A DNA stretch of 64,000 nucleotides from an uncultured Actinomycetota bacterium (GTDB lineage Bacteria > Actinomycetota > Actinomycetes > JACCUZ01): contig CAVXNC010000018.1 in assembly GCA_963762865.1 (NCBI GenBank), positions 75,506 to 139,505 on the forward strand, given 5' to 3'. The position numbers and the translations under genes were made by a program. The notes under the pieces were generated by a model. That model was not told the DNA's origin. It made no database searches and was given only the letters and a program-made list of their open reading frames with translations. Shown in pieces: positions 1 to 9,916 of the stretch; within the stretch, counting starts at the first letter, position 1; each line of letters starts with the position of its first letter.

Positions 1-1584
1 CTCATCGCCGGCTGGCAGCCGAACATGCTGGCTTACCTCGGCGACGTCTACGAGCGCGGCTCCGCATACGAGTACGACAACTGGTACTCCACGCCCAACG
101 GCTACGGCCGCTTCCGCGACATCACCAACCCGGTCATCGGCAACCACGAGTACAAGACGACGGGCGCCGCCGGGTTCTTCGACTACTGGGGCCGCAACAC
201 GCCCCACTACTACAGCTACGACGTGGCGGGCTGGCACATCGTGGCCTTCGACACCAACGGCGCCTACAACCAGCTGAAGCCAGGGACCAGGCAGTACGAG
301 TGGCTCAAGTCCGACCTGGGCGCAAACCGGGCGCGCTGCACGATCGCCTACATGCACCACCCGCGGTGGTCGATCTCCGGGCACAAGGGCAAGGCCGGGC
401 TCGCAGCGGTCTGGGCGCTGCTGGCCGACCGTCGGGTGACGCTCGCGGTCACCGGCCACACCCACGCGTACGAGCGCTGGTTGCCCCTCGACCGCACCGG
501 CGTGCCGGACGACCGCGGGGTCACCCAGCTGATCGCCGGGGCCGGCGGGCACGAGGCTGTCCCGCCGCTCTACGCCGACTCGCGGGCGGTGTCCGCGGTC
601 GCCGAGTCGGGTGCCCTGCGCCTCGACCTCGGGACCGACGGGGCCGACTACGCCTACGTCACCTCGACCGGCGAGGTCCGCGACTCGGGCTTCGTCGGCT
701 GCAAGAGCACCGGCGACACCTTCCCGCCGAGCAAGCCCTCCGGTGTGACGGCCCGCGCGACGTCGGCGACGACCGCCGACCTGAGCTGGCGACCGTCGAC
801 CGACGCGTTCGCCGTCGGCGGCTACACGGTCCGCCGAAACGGCCGGGTCGTCGCAACCCTCGGTGCCGGCCAGACGTCGTTCACCGACAGCGGCCTGGTC
901 AGCGGCGCGACGTACATCTGGAGCGTGGACTCGTTCGACCCGTCGGAGAACTACTCGGCGCAGACACCGGTGTCGCTGACGATGCCGTCGCCGGCGCGGC
1001 CCAAGGTCTCGAGCCGGACGCTGCTCGGGCAGCTGGCCAAGGCCAAGGAGAAGCCGAGGGGTTACAAGCGGACCAGCTTCGGTGGCTGGGCCGACGCCGA
1101 CGGCGACCGGTGCAGCACGCGCGCCGAGGTCCTGGTCGCCGAGGCGAGACGGCCACCACTGATGACCGAGTCCTGCGGGCTGACCGGTGGCAAGTGGTAC
1201 TCCACGTGGAACGGCGTCGCCCGCTCGAAGCTCTCACTCGTCGGCATCGGGTCCGCCGTCCCGCTCGCCGAGGCCTGGCAGTCCGGTGCCCGACGCTGGT
1301 CGCTGTCGACACGGCGCGCGCTGACCAACGACCTCGGCTACCGCGAGACGCTGACGGTGGCGACCAACGCCGTGCTGTCGTCGCGCGGCAGTGCTGAGCC
1401 GCAGAGCTGGCTGCCCCCACGCAGGGCGGCGCGCTGCGACTACGTCGCCGACTGGGTCGCGGTGAAGTGGCGCTGGCGGCTGTCGGTCGACCCGCGGGAG
1501 CGGCGGTTCCTGGTGAGCCGGCTGAAGTCCTGTGGCTGGCCGACGGTGGCCAAGCCCCCGCGGGCATCCATCGCTCTTCGCTGA
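1..1584 (+). CDS. Metallophosphoesterase (calcineurin-like) fused to a fibronectin type III domain and a C-terminal DUF1524/HNH-like (GmrSD C-terminal) domain. The 5' end is cut by the window edge.
   Basis: The ORF is open from position 1. GNHEY and GHTHAYER phosphoesterase motifs are present. An FN3-like stretch (TADLSWRPSTDAFAVGGYTVRRNG) follows. The C-terminus matches the DUF1524 pattern (WADADGDRCSTR...VPLAEAWQSGA...WLPP...C.YV). Confidence 0.75.
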   Translation, partial: LIAGWQPNMLAYLGDVYERGSAYEYDNWYSTPNGYGRFRDITNPVIGNHEYKTTGAAGFFDYWGRNTPHYYSYDVAGWHIVAFDTNGAYNQLKPGTRQYEWLKSDLGANRARCTIAYMHHPRWSISGHKGKAGLAAVWALLADRRVTLAVTGHTHAYERWLPLDRTGVPDDRGVTQLIAGAGGHEAVPPLYADSRAVSAVAESGALRLDLGTDGADYAYVTSTGEVRDSGFVGCKSTGDTFPPSKPSGVTARATSATTADLSWRPSTDAFAVGGYTVRRNGRVVATLGAGQTSFTDSGLVSGATYIWSVDSFDPSENYSAQTPVSLTMPSPARPKVSSRTLLGQLAKAKEKPRGYKRTSFGGWADADGDRCSTRAEVLVAEARRPPLMTESCGLTGGKWYSTWNGVARSKLSLVGIGSAVPLAEAWQSGARRWSLSTRRALTNDLGYRETLTVATNAVLSSRGSAEPQSWLPPRRAARCDYVADWVAVKWRWRLSVDPRERRFLVSRLKSCGWPTVAKPPRASIALR

Positions 1585-1677
1585 CAGGCCACAGCAACCG
1601 CACAGCGTTCGTCCAGGAAGACCCGGCAGGGTCGGGTCACCGACGACGCACCGACGCGAGGAGCGCTGCCATGCCGC

Positions 1678-2565
1678 ACGTACGGACCGGGCACGACGAG
1701 CTCGAGGACCACGACAAGGGCCTCTCGCACGACCTGCCGACCCTGGTCAGCCGGCGGCGCGCGCTCGGGATCCTCGGCGGGCTCGGCCTGGCCGCCACGG
1801 TCGCCGGGTGCAGCGGCGACGACGCGACGACGACCGGCTCGTCGGGTGGCTCCAGCTCGTCGGCCGCAGCCCCGCCCGACGGCGGGACCGCCCGCGGGTG
1901 GGCCCGGTGGTGGCGACTCGGCCGTCGACGTGGGCGAGGGCGAGATCCCCGAGGAGACCGCGGGGCCCTTCCCCGGTGACGGCTCCAACGGGGTCAACGT
2001 GCTGACCGAGAGCGGCATCGTGCGCAGCGACATCACCACGAGCTTCGGGTCCTCGACCACGGTCGCCGAGGGCGTACCGCTGACCGTTCGACTGCGCGTC
2101 CTCGACGTCTCCGACGGTGGGTCGGCCGGCGGGCTGGCCGGTGCCGCGGTCTACCTGTGGCACTGCGACCGCGAGGGCCGCTACTCGCTCTACTCCGACG
2201 GCGTCACGGAAGAGAACTACCTGCGCGGCGTGCAGGAGGCCGACGGCGACGGCTACGTCACCTTCACCAGCATCTACCCGGCCGCCTACTCGGGCCGGTG
2301 GCCGCACATCCACTTCGAGGTCTATCCGGGCATCGACGACGCGACGAGCGCGAGCAACAAGCTGCGCACCACCCAGCTCGCCCTGCCCGAGGACGTCAGC
2401 CGCAGGGTCTACGCGACCGACGGCTACGGCACGAGCACCGCCAACCTCGACCAGACGTCGCTGGACCGCGACATGGTCTTCAGCGACGGCTACTCGCTGC
2501 AGATGGCCAAGGTGACCGGCTCGGTCGACAGCGGCCTGACCGCCACCCTCAACGTCCCCGTCTGA
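1678..2565 (+). CDS. Tat-signal lipoprotein of the intradiol ring-cleavage dioxygenase-like family, carrying an apparent frameshift.
   Basis: Frame 0 (from 1678) encodes a twin-arginine signal and lipobox (SRRRALGILGGLGLAATVAGCSGDD) and stops at 1979. The dioxygenase domain (WHCDREGRY, WPHIHFEVYPG) lies in the +1 frame as ORF 1846..2565 with no signal peptide of its own. Full-length homologs carry both parts in one frame. Confidence 0.6.
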   Translation, partial: TYGPGTTSSRTTTRASRTTCRPWSAGGARSGSSAGSAWPPRSPGAAATTRRRPARRVAPARRPQPRPTAGPPAGGPGGGDSAVDVGEGEIPEETAGPFPGDGSNGVNVLTESGIVRSDITTSFGSSTTVAEGVPLTVRLRVLDVSDGGSAGGLAGAAVYLWHCDREGRYSLYSDGVTEENYLRGVQEADGDGYVTFTSIYPAAYSGRWPHIHFEVYPGIDDATSASNKLRTTQLALPEDVSRRVYATDGYGTSTANLDQTSLDRDMVFSDGYSLQMAKVTGSVDSGLTATLNVPV

Positions 2566-2582
2566 CGTCGGCGGTATGACTG

Positions 2583-3128
2583 TCAGAGGCGATAAGTCGT
2601 CTGGCCATGCGCGTCGCCGAAGGCGATCACCTTCGCTGGCTCGACCCGGTATACATGCGCCCCGCCTGTGGTGCTGCCACCGGAGTCGCTGACCTCTACG
2701 AACTCCTCCCCGCGGACCTCAAAGTGCCAGTCCTCCCCATACTTGGCAAGCCAGGCGTCCGCCAGCAATTGCAAGGTCTCGGCGTCGGTAACCCGAACCG
2801 CCGTGCCCTCAACCACGACGTCCTTACCGCTGTTCCACCCGGTCGCACCCGTGTTGCCGGTGGTCACCGCGACATGCGGGTTCTCGTCGAGGTTGCGGTG
2901 CTTCTGCTCCTCCGCACCCGTGCAGAAGGCGAACCCGCCAGCGTGCCAGACGCCGACCAGGGGCACAGCGTGTGGGCGCCCGTCCACCCGGACCGTGACG
3001 ATCCAGTAGAGCTGCGCTTCCGTGAGGAGCCGCTCGATCTCACCCCACGGTGGTGCGGTGGCCGACGCGTCGCCATACCTCGGATCGATCTGCCCTTCGG
3101 TCATGGCTTCATCCCTTCCTGCCGTCAT
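2583..3128 (-). CDS. Pyridoxamine 5'-phosphate oxidase family / PPOX class F420-dependent protein.
   Basis: A 181-aa ORF with a split-barrel PNPOx-like sequence (YWIVTVRVDGRPHAVPLVGVW..FCTG). The start is uncertain; an alternative Met lies at 3104. Confidence 0.65.
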   Translation of the reverse strand: MTAGRDEAMTEGQIDPRYGDASATAPPWGEIERLLTEAQLYWIVTVRVDGRPHAVPLVGVWHAGGFAFCTGAEEQKHRNLDENPHVAVTTGNTGATGWNSGKDVVVEGTAVRVTDAETLQLLADAWLAKYGEDWHFEVRGEEFVEVSDSGGSTTGGAHVYRVEPAKVIAFGDAHGQTTYRL

Positions 3129-3550
3129 GCCCCCTATCGACTCGACCCGGGACCACTATTCATCGGCTGGGTACATCTTGGCGGTCTACACGTCAGGCTC
3201 CTGAGCGTCCCGCCCATCGGAGCACGGGTGAACTTGTCATGTCCTGCGGCGTGCGCCCGCCTGGTAGCGACGTCTCGTCACCGACCAACGCGGGTCGACG
3301 TTGGTCGCACCCGCGTTCGCAATGGAAGCAGTACCGGCCGAGCCATCACTCCGGAGTTGGCACTACTCGACAGCTCGAGGTCGGACTGGCCGCCGGCTCC
3401 GTCGACCGGTGAGCGGTGCAACTGGGCGGGAGATGACGGCCGATGCCATCACCCTGTGCCTCGCGATAGGTGGATCAGCGCAGAGAAAAGACCAGCGGAC
3501 GGAACGTGTCGCGCCGGACCGGGGAGGACTGTGGCCCATACCTTGCTTGC

Positions 3551-4189
3551 ATGGCAGACATCCTCCTTGGCCTCCTGGCGATAATCGCCGGCGGCGCCAT
3601 GCTCTTCGCGGGCCAGTTCGTGCTCCGGCTCGTGATCCCGATCTGGGGCTTCTTTGCCGGGTTCGCCTTCGGCGCCGGACTCGTCGCCGGCCTCGCCGAC
3701 GAGCGGTTCCTCGGGACCGTGCTCGGCTGGGTGTTGGGCCTGGTCTTCGCTGTGGTGTTTGCGGTCCTCGCCTACCTCTACTACTACGTCGCGATCATCC
3801 TCGCGATGGCGGCGTTCGGCTTCGCGATCGGCTCAGGCCTGGTCGTCGCCCTCGGCGTCGACTGGAACTGGGTGGCCGTGCTGGTGGGCACGGTCGTCGG
3901 CGCCATCCTCGGCCTTTTGTCGATCTTCGTCGACATGCCGGCGATCGTGCTCGTCGTGTTCAGCTCGTTTGCAGGCGCGGTCGGTGTGGTCGGTGGCCTG
4001 ATGCTGCTGGTGGGCTCGCTGAACTCCGCCGACTTCACAAGGGGCGACTTCACCGACACCGTCGAGAACGGCTGGGCCTGGTCACTGGTCCTGCTGGTGC
4101 TGGCGATCGTCGGGATCCTCATCCAGGCCCTGCAGAGGGCCGTGCTGCGCCGCACCATCCACGAAACCTGGTACGCCGAGAGCCCCTGA
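3551..4189 (+). CDS. Polytopic integral membrane protein (DUF4203-like).
   Basis: Highly hydrophobic with about six predicted TM helices. The start is set at the ATG at 3551 (MADILLGLLAIIAGG); the upstream part of ORF 3470.. is non-hydrophobic. Confidence 0.6.
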   Translation: MADILLGLLAIIAGGAMLFAGQFVLRLVIPIWGFFAGFAFGAGLVAGLADERFLGTVLGWVLGLVFAVVFAVLAYLYYYVAIILAMAAFGFAIGSGLVVALGVDWNWVAVLVGTVVGAILGLLSIFVDMPAIVLVVFSSFAGAVGVVGGLMLLVGSLNSADFTRGDFTDTVENGWAWSLVLLVLAIVGILIQALQRAVLRRTIHETWYAESP

Positions 4190-4255
4190 CGCGGAACCGA
4201 TCGCGACGAATACTTCGGCACGGGTGGACGAGGCACGCCGGTGATCACGTAGGGG

Positions 4256-5600
4256 TCATTCGAGCGGGGGGTCGGTGCCTCGGGCGTAGGTCTTGCCCAG
4301 CGGGCTGGTCCAGGCCTTGGTGTGGGTGAGGGGGTCGTAGGTCAGCTTCCAGCGACCGTGGGTCTTGGCGTTGTGATGCTGGCGGCACAGCGGGCCGAGA
4401 TTGATCGTGATGGTCTTGCCGTTGGGCAAGCCGTAGCGGATCACGTGGTCGCAGTCGCACTCCTGAGCTCGGCGGTGGCAGCCGGGGAATCCGCAGGTGC
4501 GGTCGCGGGCGGCGAGGAAGGCGAGCATCTTCTCGGACGGCCGGTAGGTGTCGGCGCCGCGGTCGATGACCTGACGGGTGCCGGGGTCGATGGTCCAGCG
4601 AACCCAGTCACGGTCGGCAGCCATCGCGCGCGCCATGGGGCCAGGGACAGACCCGTAGCCAGGGATCACCCCCGGGTTGTTCGCCAGGCCCAAGGCGGTG
4701 GGCAGGTCCACCACGACTGCGGCAACCTGCTTCCCGCCGCACGAGCACTTCGGCAGGTGGCGTCCCGGCTTGCCAACAGCCTCAGGCGTCGCCGGATCGG
4801 CGAGTGCCCAGGATCGCGTCACGGACGACGTCCACCCGCAGCGCGTCGAGGCCGATCTCGTCGAGACCGGCGGCTGCCCTGACCGCCTTCACCGCGGTCG
4901 CGCGGGCGGTCGCGGCGGACCACATGTCGTGCTCGACATCGGCCGGCACCGGGAACCACCACGACTGCATCGAGTCCGGCTGAGTCAGCCGCTCGATCCG
5001 CCGCTCGCCCTGTGCCTTCTCGGCGCGCGCCGCGGCGACCGCCGGGTCGACCCGCACCACGGCGTCAGCGACCGCCCGGCGCGTCTCGGCCGCGGTCTGC
5101 TGCGGCATCCGGTCCAGCACCCGGGCCTCCACCGCCCGCGCCACCCCGTCAGGAAGACCGGCCACCCCGTCGGCGACATTGGCCGCCTGCCGCCAGCCGA
5201 TCTCACCGGAGCAGAGCTTCCGCAAGGTCCCGGGCAGCCGGTCGCGCAGCTCGACCGCGATCCGGGTCCGCTCGTCGGCGGTCACCGGCGCCAGCCGCAG
5301 TGCCGCTGCGACCTCGTGCCGGGCGTCCTCCGGGGCCAACCCCAGGTCTGTCGTGGCATCCACGACCGCGGCCAGCGCGAGCTGCTTGCAACCGGCGACC
5401 ATCGCCTCCAGCCGCTCCCAGACCCGCAGCAGGTCGACGCGGGCGTCCCCGTCCAGCCCTGCAGCGTCGTACGGAAGGCGGGTGGTCACCGCCTCCGCCA
5501 GCTGCACCGCACCGACCAGCGACACCTCACCCTCCAGGGCCCGCTCCAGCAGCGCCGGGCCGAACCCGAACTCCACCGCCTCGACGGCCGTCGCTGTCAT
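4256..5600 (-). pseudogene. DUF222 domain + HNH endonuclease (REP13E12-like) gene split by a frameshift.
   Basis: The N-terminal DUF222 part is ORF 5600..4782 (272 aa). The C-terminal HNH part is ORF 4822..4256 (188 aa; CGFPGCHRRAQECDCDHVIRYG...HHNAKTH), in a different frame. The two overlap by 41 nt and together have the length of a typical DUF222-HNH protein. Confidence 0.6.
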
Positions 5601-5643
5601 GCCTCGAACGTAGAGAGGGGGTTGGACAAAACCCCCTTGAGCC

Positions 5644-6402
5644 TCAGGCCGAGACCGCGCCCGACCTCAAGGCCGGACGCCGACCTCCTCGAGGCGGGTG
5701 AGCATCTCGGCCGGGTCGGCGTAGACGCGGTAGGCGCCGGCGCGTTCGAGCTCCTCGCGGCCGTAGCCACCGGAGAGCAGGCCGATGCCGAGGGCGCCGG
5801 CGCGCTGGGCGGCGAGCAGGTCCCACACACTGTCGCCGACCACGAAGGAGTTGCCCGGAGCGACGCCGAGCAGCTTGGCGGCGGCGAGGAACAGGTGCGG
5901 GTCCGGCTTGGCCCGCTCCACCAGGTCGCGGGTGACGACCGGCACGTCGGCAGGCAGGCCGAACATCTCGATCGCGGTGGCAGCCGTCCGGCGCGCGCCG
6001 CTGGTCGCGATCGCGAAGGGCACGCCTCGGTCGTGCAGGTGGTGCAGCAGCTCGCGGGCGCCGGGCAGCGGGCACGACCGAGTCCGCGCGGGCCAGGTAG
6101 GCGCGGGCGTGCCCGTCCTTGAGGCGCTGCAGGGCATCGGCGTCCAGCGGTACGCCCGTCTCGCGCTGCAGCGCGTCGAGGAAGAGCCCGCCGCTCATGC
6201 CGATGCGCCGGTGGATGCGCCACACCGACAGGGGGATCCCCAGCTCGGCCAACGCCTCCTGCCACGCCGTCACGTGCTGGTAGACCGAGTCGACCAGCGT
6301 GCCGTCCAGGTCGAAGAGCAGCGCCGGCTGCGGCACCTCCAGATCATCGAGGGCCCCTGGGCCGCTCCCGTCAGCCACCGTCATCGCCGCCTCCTCAGCC
6401 AC
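5644..6402 (-). CDS. HAD-family hydrolase (beta-phosphoglucomutase-like) with an apparent frameshift near 6061-6085.
   Basis: The N-terminal HAD motif I (LLFDLDGTLVDS) is in the frame of ORF 6402..5644. The C-terminal motifs (VPFAIATSG...KPDPHLF...VVGDSVWDLLAA) are in the frame of ORF 6137..5667. Confidence 0.6.
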   Translation of the reverse strand: MAEEAAMTVADGSGPGALDDLEVPQPALLFDLDGTLVDSVYQHVTAWQEALAELGIPLSVWRIHRRIGMSGGLFLDALQRETGVPLDADALQRLKDGHARAYLARADSVVPAARRPRAAAPPARPRRALRDRDQRRAPDGCHRDRDVRPACRRAGRHPRPGGAGQAGPAPVPRRRQAARRRSGQLLRGRRQCVGPARRPARRRPRHRPALRWLRPRGARTRRRLPRLRRPGRDAHPPRGGRRPALRSGAVSA

Positions 6403-7201
6403 CGGCCGCGAGCTCGCGGCCGCGGTCGCGGGCCGCCTCGAGCGCGGCGAGCATCGCGGCCCGCACGCCGTGGTTCTCCATCTCGCGGATCGCGTTGATC
6501 GTCGTTCCCGCGGGCGACGTCACCTGCTCGCGCAGCGTCGACGGCCGCTCCCCCGAGTCGCGCAGCATGACCGCCGAGCCGATCGCGGTCTGCACGATCA
6601 GGTCGTGCGCCACCTGCCGGGGCAGGCCGAGCAGGATCCCGGCGTCGGTCATCGCCTCGACCAGGTAGAAGAAGTACGCCGGACCGGAGCCCGAGAGGGC
6701 AGTCACCGCGTCCTGCTGCGACTCGGGGACCCGGATGGTCCGGCCGACGGGGGCGAAGATGGACTCGGTGCGTGCGAGGTGCGCCTCCTGCGCGTGGCTC
6801 CCGGCCGAGATGGCACTCATCGCCTCGTCGACGAGCACCGGGGTGTTGGACATGACGCGCACGACCGGTGTGCCGTCGGCGAGCCGCTCCTCGATGAACG
6901 CCGTGGTCGTGCCGGCTGCTGCCGTGACGACCAGCCGGTCGGCAGGGACGTGCGGACCGAGCTCGTCGAGAAGGGCTCCCATGTCCTGCGGCTTCACGGT
7001 CAGGATCAGCGTCTCGGCCCAGCGCGCGGCCTCCGCGTTGCCGAGCACCTCGACGGCGTACCGCTCGCGCAGGCTCGCGGCCCGCTCCTCGCGGCGCGCG
7101 GTGACGACGACGTCGGCGGGGGCCGTCCCGCTGCGCAACATCCCCGACAGCAGCGCCTCGCCCATCTTGCCGGTGCCGAGCACCGCGACCCGCTGCGCCA
7201 T
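6395..7201 (-). CDS. proC: Pyrroline-5-carboxylate reductase.
   Basis: 268 aa with a Rossmann N-terminus (VAVLGTGKMGEAL) and the ProC signature (SPAGTT). Confidence 0.9.
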   Translation of the reverse strand: MAQRVAVLGTGKMGEALLSGMLRSGTAPADVVVTARREERAASLRERYAVEVLGNAEAARWAETLILTVKPQDMGALLDELGPHVPADRLVVTAAAGTTTAFIEERLADGTPVVRVMSNTPVLVDEAMSAISAGSHAQEAHLARTESIFAPVGRTIRVPESQQDAVTALSGSGPAYFFYLVEAMTDAGILLGLPRQVAHDLIVQTAIGSAVMLRDSGERPSTLREQVTSPAGTTINAIREMENHGVRAAMLAALEAARDRGRELAAGG

Positions 7202-7208
7202 GTCGGAC

Positions 7209-8138
7209 CTACCCCTTGGTGGCGACGGCTCTGAGGAAGAAGGACAGGTTGGCCGGCTTCTCGGCCATCCGGCGCACGAGGTAGCCGTACCACTCGTCGC
7301 CGTAGGGGACGTAGACGCGCATCCTCTGCCCCTGGCGCGCCAGGCGCTCCTGCTCGTGCGGCCGGATGCCGAAGAGCATCTGGAACTCGAAGCTGTCCTT
7401 CGCGCGACCGGTGCGCCGAGCGAGCTCCTCGGTGATGGCCACGAGCCGCGGGTCGTGCGTGGCGACCATCGGGTAGCCAGGACCCTCCATCAGCACGCGC
7501 AGTGCGCGGACGTAGGCGCGGTCGACGTCCGACCGGCCCTGGAACGCGACCGACTCTGGCTCCCTGTAGGCGCCCTTGCACAGCCGGACCCGCGAGCCCT
7601 CGTAAGCCAGGTCGCGGCAGTCGGCCTCGGTCCGTCGCAGGTAGGCCTGCAGGACAGCGCCGGTCTCCGGGAAGTCGACGCGCAGGTCGCGCAGGATGCC
7701 CAGCGTCGAGTCGGTGGTGGTGTGGTCCTCCATGTCCAGCGTCACCGTGGTGCCGGCGGCGCGGGCGGCCTCGCAGATCGCGAAGGCGTTGTCGAGCGCG
7801 ACCTTCTCGCCGTCACCCGGTAGGGCCTGGCCGACAGCCGACAGCTTGACCGACACCTCGGACGAGCCGGTGAGCCCGCCGTCGGCGAGCAGCTTGAGCA
7901 GCCGGAGGTAGGCCTCGCGGGTCGCGTCGGCCTGCTCGCGGAGCAGCGTGTCCTCGCCGAGGTGGTCGAGCGAGGCCAGCAGGTTGCGACCGGCCAGTGC
8001 CCGGACCGCGGTGACCGCCTCCTCGGCAGAGGTGCCCGCCACGAACCGGGCGACGACCGAACGGGACACGGGGGCGGTCTCCACCAGGTGGCGGATCCGG
8101 CCGCTCCGCGACATCGACAGCAGGACTCGCCGCAGCAA
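7209..8138 (-). CDS. Proline dehydrogenase (monofunctional PutA-like).
   Basis: 309 aa with a proline dehydrogenase TIM-barrel sequence (ATHD..FEFQMLFGIR). Adjacent to proC. Confidence 0.85.
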   Translation of the reverse strand: MLRRVLLSMSRSGRIRHLVETAPVSRSVVARFVAGTSAEEAVTAVRALAGRNLLASLDHLGEDTLLREQADATREAYLRLLKLLADGGLTGSSEVSVKLSAVGQALPGDGEKVALDNAFAICEAARAAGTTVTLDMEDHTTTDSTLGILRDLRVDFPETGAVLQAYLRRTEADCRDLAYEGSRVRLCKGAYREPESVAFQGRSDVDRAYVRALRVLMEGPGYPMVATHDPRLVAITEELARRTGRAKDSFEFQMLFGIRPHEQERLARQGQRMRVYVPYGDEWYGYLVRRMAEKPANLSFFLRAVATKG

Positions 8139-8325
8139 CTCAAGACCTCCTCAGGCGGCGGGCGACCTCGTCGTCGCACGCCGGGTCAGGCTAACGCCAG
8201 GGCGTGGGCCGCCCGTCACGGCCGTGTCACCTGCAGGTTTCGTGCCAGCCGCGGCGGGCAATTCCCCCTCCGGTTCGTCCACCGGCCGCCCCGACCGGTG
8301 CGCATCGACGTAGCGGGAGGCCGCC

Positions 8326-9903
8326 GTGAGCGGAGTTGAGACCGGCACCATCAAGACCAACATCCCGGCCCGGTTGGACCGGTTGCCCTGGGCGAGGTGG
8401 CACTGGCTCGTCGTCATCGGACTCGGCACGGTCTGGATCCTCGACGGCCTCGAGGTCACCATCGTCGGCTCCATCGCCGGCCGGCTGACCGAGAAGGGCA
8501 GCGGCCTGGAGCTCACGGAGAGCCAGATCGGCATCGCGGCCGGCGTCTACGTGGCCGGTGCCTGCCTGGGCGCGCTGTTCTTCGGCTACCTGACCGACCG
8601 GCTCGGCCGCAAGAAGCTCTTCATGGTCACCCTGGCCGTCTACCTGGCCGCCACGGTGCTCACCGCCTTCTCGATGAACCCGATGTGGTTCTTCGTGTGC
8701 CGCTTCTTCACCGGCGCCGGTATCGGCGGTGAGTACGCCGCCATCAACTCGGCCATCGACGAGCTCATCCCCGCGCGGGTCCGGGGCCGCGTCGACCTCA
8801 TCATCAACGGCTCCTTCTGGCTGGGCACTGCCCTCGGTGCCGCCCTTTCTGTGTTCCTGCTCAACGAGGACTACTTCGCCAAGGACCTCGGCTGGCGCAT
8901 CGCGTTCGGGCTCGGCGCCGTCCTCGGGATCGGCATCCTCTTCGTCCGCAAGTTCGTCCCGGAGAGCCCGCGCTGGCTGTTCATCCACGGCAAGGAGAAG
9001 GGCGCCGAGCGCATCGTCCGCGACATCGAGAGCCAGGTCGAGGACTCCACCGACGAGCGGCTGCCCAGGGCCGAGGACAGCGACGACTACCTCACCGTGC
9101 GGCAGCGCAAGACGATCGGCTTCGGCGAGATCGCCAAGACGGCCTGGAAGCTCTACCCGAAGCGCTTCGTGCTGGGGCTCTCGCTCTTCATCGGCCAGGC
9201 GTTCCTCTACAACGCGGTGTTCTTCACCTTCGCGCTCGTGCTCACCGACATCGTGAAGGTCGACACCGCGAAGGCACCGTGGTACCTCATCCCGCTCGCC
9301 ATCGGGAACTTCGCCGGCCCGCTGCTGCTGGGCCACCTGTTCGACACCGTCGGGCGGCGCATCATGATCTCCTCGACGTACATCCTGTCTGGCCTGGTCC
9401 TGATCCTGACCGGGGTCCTCTTCCACAACGGCTCGCTGTCGGCGAACACTCTCACCCTCATGTGGTGCATCGTCTTCTTCTTCGCCTCGGCCGGCGCCAG
9501 TGCTGCCTACCTCACCGTCTCGGAGATCTTCCCGATGGAGACCCGGGCCATGGCGATCGCGTTCTTCTACGCGGTCGGCACCGGCCTGGGAGGCATCATC
9601 GGCCCGATCCTGTTCGGCAAGTTCATCGAGCAGGGCAAGGACCAGGTGATCAACGGCTACTACATCGGCGCCGGCCTCATGATCGCCGCCGGGTTGGTGG
9701 CTGTGTTCCTCGCCGTCAACGCCGAGAAGCAGCCGCTGGAGGACATCGCCGAGCCGCTCACCGCCCAGGACGCCGAGCAGGGCGACGCGGGGCACCCGGA
9801 CGGGGACCGGCAGATCGACCTGCGCGGCCGCGACCGGGACCGCTCCGACGAGGAGTACGCCGGCTCGTCACCCGTGGGCAGCTCGCTGCGGCGCTACCAC
9901 TGA
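8326..9903 (+). CDS. MFS transporter (metabolite:H+ symporter type).
   Basis: 525 aa with 12 TM-like segments and MFS motifs (GRKKLF, sugar-transporter-like signature). Confidence 0.85.
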   Translation: MSGVETGTIKTNIPARLDRLPWARWHWLVVIGLGTVWILDGLEVTIVGSIAGRLTEKGSGLELTESQIGIAAGVYVAGACLGALFFGYLTDRLGRKKLFMVTLAVYLAATVLTAFSMNPMWFFVCRFFTGAGIGGEYAAINSAIDELIPARVRGRVDLIINGSFWLGTALGAALSVFLLNEDYFAKDLGWRIAFGLGAVLGIGILFVRKFVPESPRWLFIHGKEKGAERIVRDIESQVEDSTDERLPRAEDSDDYLTVRQRKTIGFGEIAKTAWKLYPKRFVLGLSLFIGQAFLYNAVFFTFALVLTDIVKVDTAKAPWYLIPLAIGNFAGPLLLGHLFDTVGRRIMISSTYILSGLVLILTGVLFHNGSLSANTLTLMWCIVFFFASAGASAAYLTVSEIFPMETRAMAIAFFYAVGTGLGGIIGPILFGKFIEQGKDQVINGYYIGAGLMIAAGLVAVFLAVNAEKQPLEDIAEPLTAQDAEQGDAGHPDGDRQIDLRGRDRDRSDEEYAGSSPVGSSLRRYH

Positions 9904-9916
9904 CCGGCGGGCGCAG

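Noticed and set aside
8227-9795. A 522-aa minus-strand ORF.
   Set aside because: It is antisense to the MFS transporter gene, with acidic/Arg-rich low-complexity translation.
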